64,000 nt of DNA from positions 12,299 to 76,298 of the forward strand of contig DASXMF010000061.1 of the NCBI GenBank assembly GCA_036495845.1, given 5' to 3'. Made by a program: the position numbers and the translations under genes. The notes under the pieces were generated by a model. That model ran no database searches. It had not been told where the DNA came from and saw only the letters and a list, made by a program, of their open reading frames with translations. Shown in pieces: positions 1-7,232 of the stretch (positions are counted from its first letter, which is position 1; each line of letters opens with the position of its first letter). This DNA is from Rhizomicrobium sp. (GTDB lineage: Bacteria > Pseudomonadota > Alphaproteobacteria > Micropepsales > Micropepsaceae).

Positions 1-393
1 CCCGGCTGCATCCTCGAGCGTCTTGCCTTCGTCGCCCTCGAGTGCCGTTTCCGCGGCCTGGCCGAGCCTGGCGATCTTGTTCCTGTTGCGCCGAACGAAG
101 CCCGTCTCTGCGCGGCCGAATTCCCGGGCTGCCGTATAATTGCCCTCGCCGAGGACTTCGGCGGGCGCGCGCCGGGCAGTCGATTGGGGCACGCGCGTCC
201 TGGCTTTTCTCGCTTTTCTTACGGTAGCCTTCTTGCGGCCGGGCGTCTTTCGTTTCCTTGCGATCTTCCGCTTCGTGGCCGGTCTGGCTTTTGCCCGCGT
301 ACCCGTCTTCTTTTTTGTCTTGCGAGCCGCGCGGGTCCGTGCCGGTTTTGCCGATCGTTTTGTTGCGCGCCGCTTGGCTGCTCGCTTCTTCAT
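1..393 (-). CDS. Lys/Arg/Ala-rich (histone H1-like) N-terminus plus a GEGNY-motif domain; partial, runs off the window start
   Basis: Manual translation, not in the ORF track: MKKRAAKRRATKRSAKPARTRAARKTKKK...EVLGEGNYTAAREFGRAETGFVRRN. GGAGG precedes the ATG at 393; there is an alternative in-frame ATG at 429 and no stop down to position 1. Confidence 0.7.
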   Translation of the reverse strand, partial: MKKRAAKRRATKRSAKPARTRAARKTKKKTGTRAKARPATKRKIARKRKTPGRKKATVRKARKARTRVPQSTARRAPAEVLGEGNYTAAREFGRAETGFVRRNRNKIARLGQAAETALEGDEGKTLEDAAG

Positions 394-480
394 CTTCGAC
401 GTCCTCCGAGATGTTGTTTCACCTGCCATCTTGCCGCCGCGAACCGGTATTTGCCAAGAATTTCGATGTGTCGGTTCCGG

Positions 481-1062
481 TTATCCAAGCGCAAAACATG
501 CCGCGAGCGTCGCGAGCTTCTGGTCCTCGCCCCAGGGAGGTCCGAGATATTTGGCCATTGACTGGAATCGCTTTTGCACATCTTCCACCGTCGATCCGAG
601 GGCATTGGCGGCAAGCGTCCGGAGATCCCGTTCGGGCGCGCGTTTCACCCGTATTCCCAGGCTCCTGCAGGCGGCGACGAGCGCCTCGCGATAGAAAACT
701 CCTTCCGCCGCATGGATTCGCGAATGCGCGGCGAGAATGTCTGCGAGCATTTCCGGCAGTTTGCTGTTGCCGGCCGGGACACATGCCGTGCGCACAACGA
801 TCTTCTTCTGCGCCAGAGCGGCGATCAGCGAATGGATCTCGAGTTCGGCCGCCTTTCCCGTCTCAGCGCCCGCCAATTCGATAGACGCTGCCGCTTTGTC
901 CGGCGGCATGTCGGCGGCATTGTGATAGACGAAGCGCGTGGTTGACGGTTCGTAGGCAATCCGGCGGCGATCGAGGATTTCGCAATCCTTCGCTACCGCA
1001 ACGACCGCTGCCCAGCCGGTGTGCGCACGAAAGCCGAGCGCGGCTGTGATGTGTCGAGGCAC
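481..1062 (-). CDS. conserved hypothetical protein, possible RNase H-like fold
   Basis: 193 aa ORF. The N-terminal AALGFRAHTGWAAVV resembles RuvC/RNase H first strands; C-terminal LGPPWGEDQKLA. Confidence 0.65.
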   Translation of the reverse strand: MPRHITAALGFRAHTGWAAVVAVAKDCEILDRRRIAYEPSTTRFVYHNAADMPPDKAAASIELAGAETGKAAELEIHSLIAALAQKKIVVRTACVPAGNSKLPEMLADILAAHSRIHAAEGVFYREALVAACRSLGIRVKRAPERDLRTLAANALGSTVEDVQKRFQSMAKYLGPPWGEDQKLATLAACFALG

Positions 1063-1134
1063 GGAAAACGGTCCCCTTCCAGCCGCACTTTAGCACCAAC
1101 TTTGTGCCGGGGGGTCTCGTTTCAAGAAAGATTT

Positions 1135-1273
1135 CAGCGCAGAGGACGCGGAGGCGGCGCATGCTTCGACAAGCTCAGCATGAGGATATCTAATGTCTCC
1201 TCACCCTGAGCTTGCCCGCTGCGCCTCGCGCGCAGCGCGGCGAGTCGAAGGGCCCCCGCGTACCCTGCGTTAA
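1135..1273. repeat. nested palindromic repeat: an outer cgcagagg/ccctgcg element with an inner cttcgac...gtcgaag element
   Basis: cagcgcagaggacgcggagg ... ccgcgtaccctgcgttaa encloses cttcgacaagctcagcatgagg...cctcaccctgagcttg...gtcgaagg. The outer part resembles 44921-45037. Confidence 0.6.
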
Positions 1274-1289
1274 GGCTTGCTTTTTCGCC

Positions 1290-1598
1290 TCAGTGCCTGG
1301 TGCGGCTGTGTTCGAGATTGCGGAACTCCTGCTGGCGGGTTGCGCGCAGACCCTCCATGCCGAACTCCTTGATGTGCTGCTGCCAGGACACGAATTCCTC
1401 GACGCTGAGCGCGTAGCGGGTGCAGGCTTCGGTGAGCGAGAGCAGGCCGCCCTCGACAGCCGCCACCACTTCGGCCTTCCGGCGCGTGATCCAACGCCTT
1501 GTCCCGGGGGACGGCAGGTCGGGCAATGTCAGCATTTCGCCGTCGGGCCCGGTAACGAATTTCATGTTGCTGTTCACTTCGCTGGAAAGGCGTCCCAT
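1290..1598 (-). CDS. sciP: CtrA inhibitor SciP homolog (DUF1153)
   Basis: GPDGEMLTLPDLPSPGTRRWITRRKAEVVAAVEGGLLSLTEACTRYALSVEEFVSWQ...GLRATRQQEFR is the SciP signature. Confidence 0.9.
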   Translation of the reverse strand: MGRLSSEVNSNMKFVTGPDGEMLTLPDLPSPGTRRWITRRKAEVVAAVEGGLLSLTEACTRYALSVEEFVSWQQHIKEFGMEGLRATRQQEFRNLEHSRTRH

Positions 1599-1746
1599 CT
1601 TCTCGTCTCCGGGTTGGAAGTCCCCACGAAGCGGGAGTCCCGGGGCGCGTTATCGGTTCCGCGCGCATGGGCGAAATCTGTAGCGGTGATTGAGGCGGAA
1701 TGAACGCCGTGACCGGCCGTTAAGAGCTCGGCAAGGAATCGACGGC

Positions 1747-2358
1747 CTAGCCCAGGCTGCGGCCGATCCAGACCACACGCCCCATGATGGAGATGTCCTC
1801 CGGCTGAATGTTGTCATAGGTGCGGTAGGCGGGATTGTCCGATTTGACGGTCAGAAGCTTCGTCACCGGATGCATGGAGATTCGCTTGACCTGCAGCATG
1901 TCGTCGATGCGGATGACGTAAAGACCCTCGCGGCGGGCGTTGGTTTGCGACGGATCGACCAGCGCATGATCGCCGTCATGGAGCGTTTCCCACATCGAAT
2001 CGCCCGAAATCTCCAGCACGAAGAGACGATAAATGTCGCTCGCCATGCGCCGGAGCCATTGTTCGCGAAACATGAGATGACCGGCCGGCTCGTTGTCCTC
2101 CGCGAGTGCGCCCGCGCCCGCGGCAGCGCGCAGATCGAATACGGGTACCGAGAGGTAATCGGGCGCCAGCCGCGTCTCGCCCGCGATTTCCCCGATCGTG
2201 ACATCGAAGATTTTTGCGAAGCGGCGAAGCAGAGGCAACGACAGCCTCTGATCTTCCCTTTCGTACCGGCCGATCGAGACCGCGGTGGTATTGAGCTTGT
2301 TCGCAAGCTGTTGCTGCGACATGCCTCTGGCGTGGCGCAACTTGCCGATGTTGTTCAT
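1747..2358 (-). CDS. XRE HTH plus S24 peptidase CI-type repressor (autocleavable)
   Basis: HTH LRHARGMSQQQLA..SIGRYERE; Ala-Gly cleavage site AAAGAG; catalytic GDSM (Ser) and VKRI (Lys); SDNPAY; GRVVW. Confidence 0.9.
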   Translation of the reverse strand: MNNIGKLRHARGMSQQQLANKLNTTAVSIGRYEREDQRLSLPLLRRFAKIFDVTIGEIAGETRLAPDYLSVPVFDLRAAAGAGALAEDNEPAGHLMFREQWLRRMASDIYRLFVLEISGDSMWETLHDGDHALVDPSQTNARREGLYVIRIDDMLQVKRISMHPVTKLLTVKSDNPAYRTYDNIQPEDISIMGRVVWIGRSLG

Positions 2359-2369
2359 AGGGCCAATGG

Positions 2370-2433
2370 ACAATACCGTATTGTTAAATCATAGAACCTA
2401 TTTGGTTGACAATAGCACCGATTGGGTTATATT
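2370..2433. promoter_or_regulatory. divergent promoter with three operator sites
   Basis: ACCgtattGTT (2375), ACCtatttGGT (2396) and ACCgattgGGT (2417) repeat every 21 bp. TTGACA (2406-2411)-16 bp-TATATT (2428-2433). Perfect palindrome ACAATAC-C-GTATTGT at 2370-2384. Confidence 0.75.
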
Positions 2434-2464
2434 CCAGCGCGTAACTCGCGCCCGGAAGTCCCAA

Positions 2465-2755
2465 ATGCCCAAAACTGAAGACAACCGCCCCGCCTTGTCG
2501 GGCCTTACCGCCAGGCAGCGCGCCTGCCTGGACGCCATCAAAGCCCATCTGGCCGCGACGCGAACGATGCCGAGCATCGAGCAATTGCGCGTTGCGCTGG
2601 GCGCCGGCTCCAAGGCCGGCGTGCTCCACCTGTTGCGACAGCTCGAGGAGCGCGGGCGGATCGGGCGCCTGCCCAACCGGGCCCGCGGGATACGTCTGCT
2701 GGATGAAGAGACCTGTCCGCGCTGCGGGGAGCGCCTTCCGCGGGAAGTGGCATGA
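2465..2755 (+). CDS. LexA-type winged-HTH DNA-binding domain only (no peptidase), with a C-terminal CxxC
   Basis: LTARQRACLDAI...PSIEQLRVALGAGSKAGVLHLLRQLEERGRIGRLPNRARGI matches the alphaproteobacterial LexA N-domain; ends CPRCG; 96 aa. Confidence 0.8.
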   Translation: MPKTEDNRPALSGLTARQRACLDAIKAHLAATRTMPSIEQLRVALGAGSKAGVLHLLRQLEERGRIGRLPNRARGIRLLDEETCPRCGERLPREVA

Positions 2756-2949
2756 GCGCCCCGGCACTCTTCGATCTCTGTCGCGTCTATCGCGACGCGC
2801 ACTCCCGCTATGCGCGCGCCTTCGCGAAAGGCGACGTACGTGCCATCGAGGAGGCGCTCAGCCGCATGCAGGAGATCGGGCGGGCCTTTCGCGACGGAGC
2901 GCGCTGGGCCGAAGACAGAAAATCCATCGCGGCGGTGAACAGACGATGA
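2752..2949 (+). CDS. small helical hypothetical protein
   Basis: 65 aa ORF with ATGA overlaps to both neighbours (translational coupling). Confidence 0.65.
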   Translation: MSAPALFDLCRVYRDAHSRYARAFAKGDVRAIEEALSRMQEIGRAFRDGARWAEDRKSIAAVNRR

Positions 2950-3479
2950 GCAAACGTCTGCGCAAACAGCGCACGATTCCAGCTACCGCACAGAGCCTTC
3001 GCGCGCCGAAAGCAGGCCCCGGCAATGTTTACGTTCGCGAATTCGTTTCCGCGCGCAGCGGACGCGAGGAACGATTTCGCAATGTCGGCGAGCATCCGCT
3101 GACGCTGGCCCACGCACGCGGCAAGATCGGCGACGAGCATTTCGCCGCCGGCGAAGAGTTGCGCCGTCTTTGCGAAATGCGGGCTGCCGGCGGCAGGGAC
3201 AGCACCGAGATGTCGCCGCCCGGCAGCGGCGGCGCAGGTCTCGCTTTTGCACAGACGCAGATCGATGCCATGCGCCGGCTCGAGCGGCTGCGCTCGCGGG
3301 TCAAGACGCGCGACTGGATCATCCTCGAAAAGTTTTGCGGCGAAGGCTGGTCGATGTCGGAAGCCGTGCGCGCGGCGACGCTGTGTCACCCAAGCGGCGT
3401 GCTCTACCGCGTGCAGGAGGCGCTCGACGAACTCGTAGCGGCGCGAAGGGGCTGCGCGTTGTGGAGAGAAATGGACTAG
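2946..3479 (+). CDS. DUF6456-like protein (GafZ/GafA C-terminal-like activator or antiterminator)
   Basis: NVGEHPLTLAHARGKIGDEHFAAGEELRRLCE...ILEKFCGEGWSMSEA...VQEALDELV resembles DUF6456 with a sigma4-like C-terminal HTH. Confidence 0.65.
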   Translation: MSKRLRKQRTIPATAQSLRAPKAGPGNVYVREFVSARSGREERFRNVGEHPLTLAHARGKIGDEHFAAGEELRRLCEMRAAGGRDSTEMSPPGSGGAGLAFAQTQIDAMRRLERLRSRVKTRDWIILEKFCGEGWSMSEAVRAATLCHPSGVLYRVQEALDELVAARRGCALWREMD

Positions 3480-3507
3480 CCGCGCGTTCGAGTCCGGCGA
3501 GGTGCGG

Positions 3508-3544
3508 TGAACGGGTCATGAATGGAGGCTTCAGAGCGAATTCA
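3508..3544. promoter_or_regulatory. phased TGAA-N7-TGAA-N7-TTCA-N7-TTCA regulator site
   Basis: Four tetramers at exact 11-bp phase with dyad symmetry, upstream of the secreted protein at 3618. Confidence 0.5.
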
Positions 3545-3617
3545 ACGGCGTGTCTGCATACAAGCCCGCATCGGCTGGCCAATCCTGGCCGCCCCATCGG
3601 CATGAAAGGACATGATC

Positions 3618-3953
3618 ATGAATTTCACAACCAAGACGCTCGCTGCGGGGTTGGGCCTGGTATCGGCGCTCGGCGCCGGAACGGCGATCGCCCAGAACTA
3701 CGGCGCTCCCTATGGAAATCCGCAAGGCACGCCTTACAGCAATGTGCAACGAGCTCCTTACGGCAGGCCCGCTCATCAGCATCATTTCGGTGCGCTCGTT
3801 CTCATCAAGGAAGAGATGAAGGCGGGCCGAATCAGCAGGAAGGAAGGCGACTTCCTCGTGCGGAGAATCCACGAGATGCGTGCCCAGAGGCGCGAGGAGC
3901 GGCAGGCCTACGCCGGCCAGGGTCCGCAGGAGATGCCTTCACAGGTTCGCTGA
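3618..3953 (+). CDS. secreted hypothetical protein
   Basis: Signal peptide MNFTTKTLAAGLGLVSALGAGTAIA; AAGGA RBS upstream. Confidence 0.7.
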   Translation: MNFTTKTLAAGLGLVSALGAGTAIAQNYGAPYGNPQGTPYSNVQRAPYGRPAHQHHFGALVLIKEEMKAGRISRKEGDFLVRRIHEMRAQRREERQAYAGQGPQEMPSQVR

Positions 3954-3967
3954 ACAGACGGCGCGCG

Positions 3968-4340
3968 CTCGACCTTCCTCTCCCGCGTGCGGGAGCCTGG
4001 AGCGTGCACACATTTTCCTCGTGACGTCCAAAGCGTTTCGACCTCCCCCTTGCGGGGAGGTCGAAATTTGCGAGCGCTCTTCGCGCACGCCCCCTTAATT
4101 GTCATGGCCCGGCGACGCGACAGCGGAGACCGGGCCACCCAGAAAACGGAATCAAGCGCGGCGCGGCTTCATCTGGATGGCCCGCTCTTGGCGGGCCATG
4201 ACAATAAGAGGTTGAAGTGACGCTCATCCTTGGCGCTTTTGCGTCCCTGCCTTCGCCGAAGCGAAGCCTCGGCTTCGCGCAGGCAGGTTGGCGTTTCAAA
4301 TTTCTTCTCCGCGCCTCCACGCCTCCGCGAGGCTCCATGG
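3968..4340. repeat. mosaic of palindromic REP/REPIN-like elements
   Basis: tttcgacctcccccttgcggggaggtcgaaa (4036-4066, also at 37864-38013); attgtcatggcc...ggccatgacaat (4098-4205, also at 59506-59640); cctgccttcgccgaagcgaagcctcggcttcgcgcaggcagg (about 4247-4288). Confidence 0.75.
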
Positions 4341-4443
4341 AAGGCCGCCCTTCCGTTCGCATATGCGATTGCCCTGCGCGTGGGGGAGGGCGCGCGCGCC
4401 ATGATTCGCACATCGGCTGCGGCGCCAGATTGTCGTTGCCGGC

Positions 4444-6042
4444 TCAATGCCGGAAGTGGCGTATTCCCGTAAAGGCCATGGCGAGGCCCGCTTCGTCCGC
4501 AGCCTTGATCACGGCCTCGTCGCGGATCGATCCGCCGGGTTGAATCACGGCAATGGCACCCGCTTCGGCGACGGCAAGAAGCCCGTCCGGAAACGGAAAA
4601 TACGCGTCGGACGCGGCCGCCGAACCCTTCGTCGGCGATTCCGGGAGATGCGCCGCTTCGGCCGCATCTCGCGCTTTCATGGCGGCCATGCGGGCCGAAT
4701 CGACCCGGCTCATCTGGCCCGCCCCGATGCCCACCGTCTGCAGATCCTTCGCATAAACGATGGCATTCGACTTCACGTGCTTGCACACCGTGAAGGCGAA
4801 CAGCATGTCGGAGATTTCCCGGGACGTCGGTTTGCGACGGGTAACGATTTTCAAATCGGTCTCTCCGACCTGGGCCGTATCGCGCGACTGCACGAGAAAG
4901 CCGCCGGCCACCGTTCTGAAAACAAGTCCGTCCGCGCGAGGATCGGGTAATCCACCAGCAAGAAGGAGCCGCAGATTCTTTTTCGCGGAAAGGATTGCGC
5001 GCGCGCCTTCGTCCGCATCCGGCGCAATGATGACTTCGGTGAACAGCTTGGCGATTTCCCCGGCCGTGGCCGCGTCGATCGTGCGATTGAAGGCCAGGAT
5101 GCCGCCGAACGCGCTCACGGGATCGCAGGCAAGGGCTTTGGCGTAGGCTTCGCGTGGCGCGGACGCCAGGGCAACTCCGCAAGGATTGGCATGCTTGACG
5201 ATGACGCAGGCCGCATGCGCGCGCGGATCGAATTCGGCGACGAGCTCGTAAGCCGCGTCCGTATCGTTGATATTGTTGTAGGACAGCTCCTTTCCCTGCA
5301 GCTGCCGCGCCGTGGCAACGCCGAAGCGGTGCTCTTCGCCCGCATAGAAGGCAGCCTGCTGGTGTGGATTTTCGCCATAGCGCAGCTTCTGTTTCAGCCG
5401 GCCCGCGAGCGCGCGACGCCGCGGCGGGGAGGTTTCGCCGCCTTTCTCCATCTCGCGTGAGAGCCAGTTCGAGACCGCCGAATCATAGGCGGCCGTTCGT
5501 GCAAACGCGGTCTGCGCGAGACGCCGGCGCAGGCCCGGGCCGACAGCGCCCTCATGTGCGGACATTTCCGAAAAGACGGCTGCATAGTCCTCCGGATCGA
5601 CGACGACCGTCACCCATTCGTGATTCTTGGCCGCCGCCCGTATCATCGCCGGCCCGCCGATATCGATGTTCTCGACGATGTCGTCGAAAGGCGCCCCGCG
5701 TTCGACGGTCGCCTCGAAGGGATAGAGACCGGCAACGAGAAGATCGATGCCTTCGATCGCATGAGTGCGCATCGCCTCGGCGTGCTCGGGCTTTTCGCGG
5801 CGGGCGAGCAGTCCGCCGTGAATTTTCGGATGCAGCGTCTTCACGCGGCCATCCATGATTTCGGGAAAGCCGGTGACATCGGCAATTTCGGTCACGTCGA
5901 GGCCGGCGTCGCGCAACGCCTTTGCCGTGCCGCCCGTCGAAACGAGCGCAACGCGGTGACGCTCGAGCCCACGCGCGAAGTCGACGAGTCCGTTCTTGTC
6001 CGAAACGGAAAGCAGCGCGCGGCGGATGGGGCGAAGCGTCAT
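4444..6042 (-). CDS. purH: bifunctional AICAR transformylase / IMP cyclohydrolase
   Basis: [54 protein letters not shown]-terminal RHFRH. Confidence 0.98.
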   Translation of the reverse strand: MTLRPIRRALLSVSDKNGLVDFARGLERHRVALVSTGGTAKALRDAGLDVTEIADVTGFPEIMDGRVKTLHPKIHGGLLARREKPEHAEAMRTHAIEGIDLLVAGLYPFEATVERGAPFDDIVENIDIGGPAMIRAAAKNHEWVTVVVDPEDYAAVFSEMSAHEGAVGPGLRRRLAQTAFARTAAYDSAVSNWLSREMEKGGETSPPRRRALAGRLKQKLRYGENPHQQAAFYAGEEHRFGVATARQLQGKELSYNNINDTDAAYELVAEFDPRAHAACVIVKHANPCGVALASAPREAYAKALACDPVSAFGGILAFNRTIDAATAGEIAKLFTEVIIAPDADEGARAILSAKKNLRLLLAGGLPDPRADGLVFRTVAGGFLVQSRDTAQVGETDLKIVTRRKPTSREISDMLFAFTVCKHVKSNAIVYAKDLQTVGIGAGQMSRVDSARMAAMKARDAAEAAHLPESPTKGSAAASDAYFPFPDGLLAVAEAGAIAVIQPGGSIRDEAVIKAADEAGLAMAFTGIRHFRH

Positions 6043-6160
6043 GGAAGGGCCTTTGTGCCGGGGGCTATGACATAACTGGGGGACGGCCGCGATCCGGTCA
6101 AGCGCCGATGACAGGGATCCCGGTCGTCGAGGATCTCGCGATCGGTCACTCGCCGCGCCG

Positions 6161-6322
6161 GTGCCCCGATTCCGAAATTCCCTTGATCTTCATATCGGGC
6201 TCCACGCGAGTTTCGGTATCGAAGAGCACTGGCAATCCATTGAATCAAGTGTCGTTTTGGTTTCGAAGTTCGCCAGGAGGGCGATATCGGTAATTGGGCG
6301 AACTTCTAAACCACGACACTAG
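6161..6322. repeat. two adjacent MITE-like inverted-repeat elements
   Basis: gtgccccgattccgaaattc...gagtttcggtatcgaagagcac (6161-6229) and agtgtcgttttggtttcgaagttcgcc...ggcgaacttctaaaccacgacact (6248-6320). Confidence 0.6.
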
Positions 6323-6330
6323 GGGATTTG

Positions 6331-6358
6331 TTGACGCGCCGACGCGCACGGCTATGAT
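6331..6358 (+). promoter_or_regulatory. sigma70 promoter of tRNA-Leu
   Basis: TTGACG-16 bp-TATGAT followed by a GC-rich discriminator. Confidence 0.7.
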
Positions 6359-6390
6359 CCGCCGCCTCCATTCGCATGTCTTCGCTTCGT

Positions 6391-6476
6391 GCCCCTGTGG
6401 CGGAATGGTAGACGCGGCAGACTCAAAATCTGTTGCTGGCGACAGCGTGCTGGTTCAAGTCCGGCCAGGGGCACCA
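6391..6476 (+). tRNA. tRNA-Leu(CAA)
   Basis: Acceptor GCCCCTG/CAGGGGC-A-CCA; anticodon arm gcaga-ctCAAaa-tctgt; long variable arm; GGTTCAAGTCC T-arm. Confidence 0.97.
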
Positions 6477-6481
6477 ACAAA

Positions 6482-6814
6482 TCAATGGCTTGGCCAAAGC
6501 ACGCCGGAACTTTCTTCGGCCCGTCGTGGAGCAAATCGAGCTGCATAGACGGCCGGCGCAAGCCAGCCGATGCGAGAGCGAACTCTGGCGGTATTATAGT
6601 CCTCGCACCAATCCCGCAGAGCGAACCGCGCATGGTTGAGTGACGTGAACAACGTGTCGTTCAGGCACTCGTCTCGCGGTCTGCCGTTGAACGACTCGAT
6701 GAATGCGCTTTGCGCCGGCTTGCCCGGCGCGATGTAGTGCCAGTCGATCTGACGCTCGATCGCCCAGGCAATGATGGCATTGCTCGTCAACTCGTCCGCC
6801 GAGACCGCCCGCAA
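6482..6814 (-). pseudogene. IS3-family transposase (integrase core) C-terminal remnant
   Basis: [11 protein letters not shown]...[41 protein letters not shown]. The N-terminal part is missing. Confidence 0.9.
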
Positions 6815-6871
6815 CTGGCTGCAATTCAGGCGGACGCTTGTGCGAGTCCGCCTCCAACACAGACAAGCCTG

Positions 6872-7144
6872 CTACCGGTGATGGCAGGGGCAGTAGCAGC
6901 GATGATGAATCCAGAGGCAGCGGTGATGATGGCGCCAGTGGTGATGCGCCATCGGCATGGGACTTACAGACGGAGCGGGCGCGGTAGGCGTGCCGGGCGG
7001 ATTAGGCGGCGGTGGCGGCGTCTGCGCGGGAGGCGGCGGTGGCGGCGGCGGATGGACCCCGGTATTGCCTTGCGCGAAAGCTCCGGAAGCGGTGGCAAAT
7101 GCAAGGATGAGGGCGAGAGCGGCGCCCCTTGTGGTGCTGGACAT
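6872..7144 (-). CDS. small secreted Pro-rich protein with a His/Cys-rich tail
   Basis: Signal peptide (..ASGAFA), polyproline linker, tail HHHWRHHHRCLWIHHRCYCPCHHR; AAGGGG RBS. Confidence 0.65.
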   Translation of the reverse strand: MSSTTRGAALALILAFATASGAFAQGNTGVHPPPPPPPPAQTPPPPPNPPGTPTAPAPSVSPMPMAHHHWRHHHRCLWIHHRCYCPCHHR

Positions 7145-7232
7145 GTCGATTTCCCCTTAAGCTTCGGACGAAGCGGCTTATGCTACGCGCGCGACCCGGT
7201 TCTTGTAAAATGAGTCGCTGATCCCGGCCACC

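Noticed and set aside
1709-1723. CtrA site upstream of sciP
   Set aside because: Only one TTAA half-site (TTAA-N7-TCAC on the minus strand); too degenerate to call.
1747-3479. Intact prophage
   Set aside because: No integrase, att duplication, replication, packaging or structural genes in the window.
6043-6240. ZMP/ZTP riboswitch upstream of purH
   Set aside because: The conserved GACUGGCG / GGGAG / CGCCUGGG elements were not found on the minus strand.
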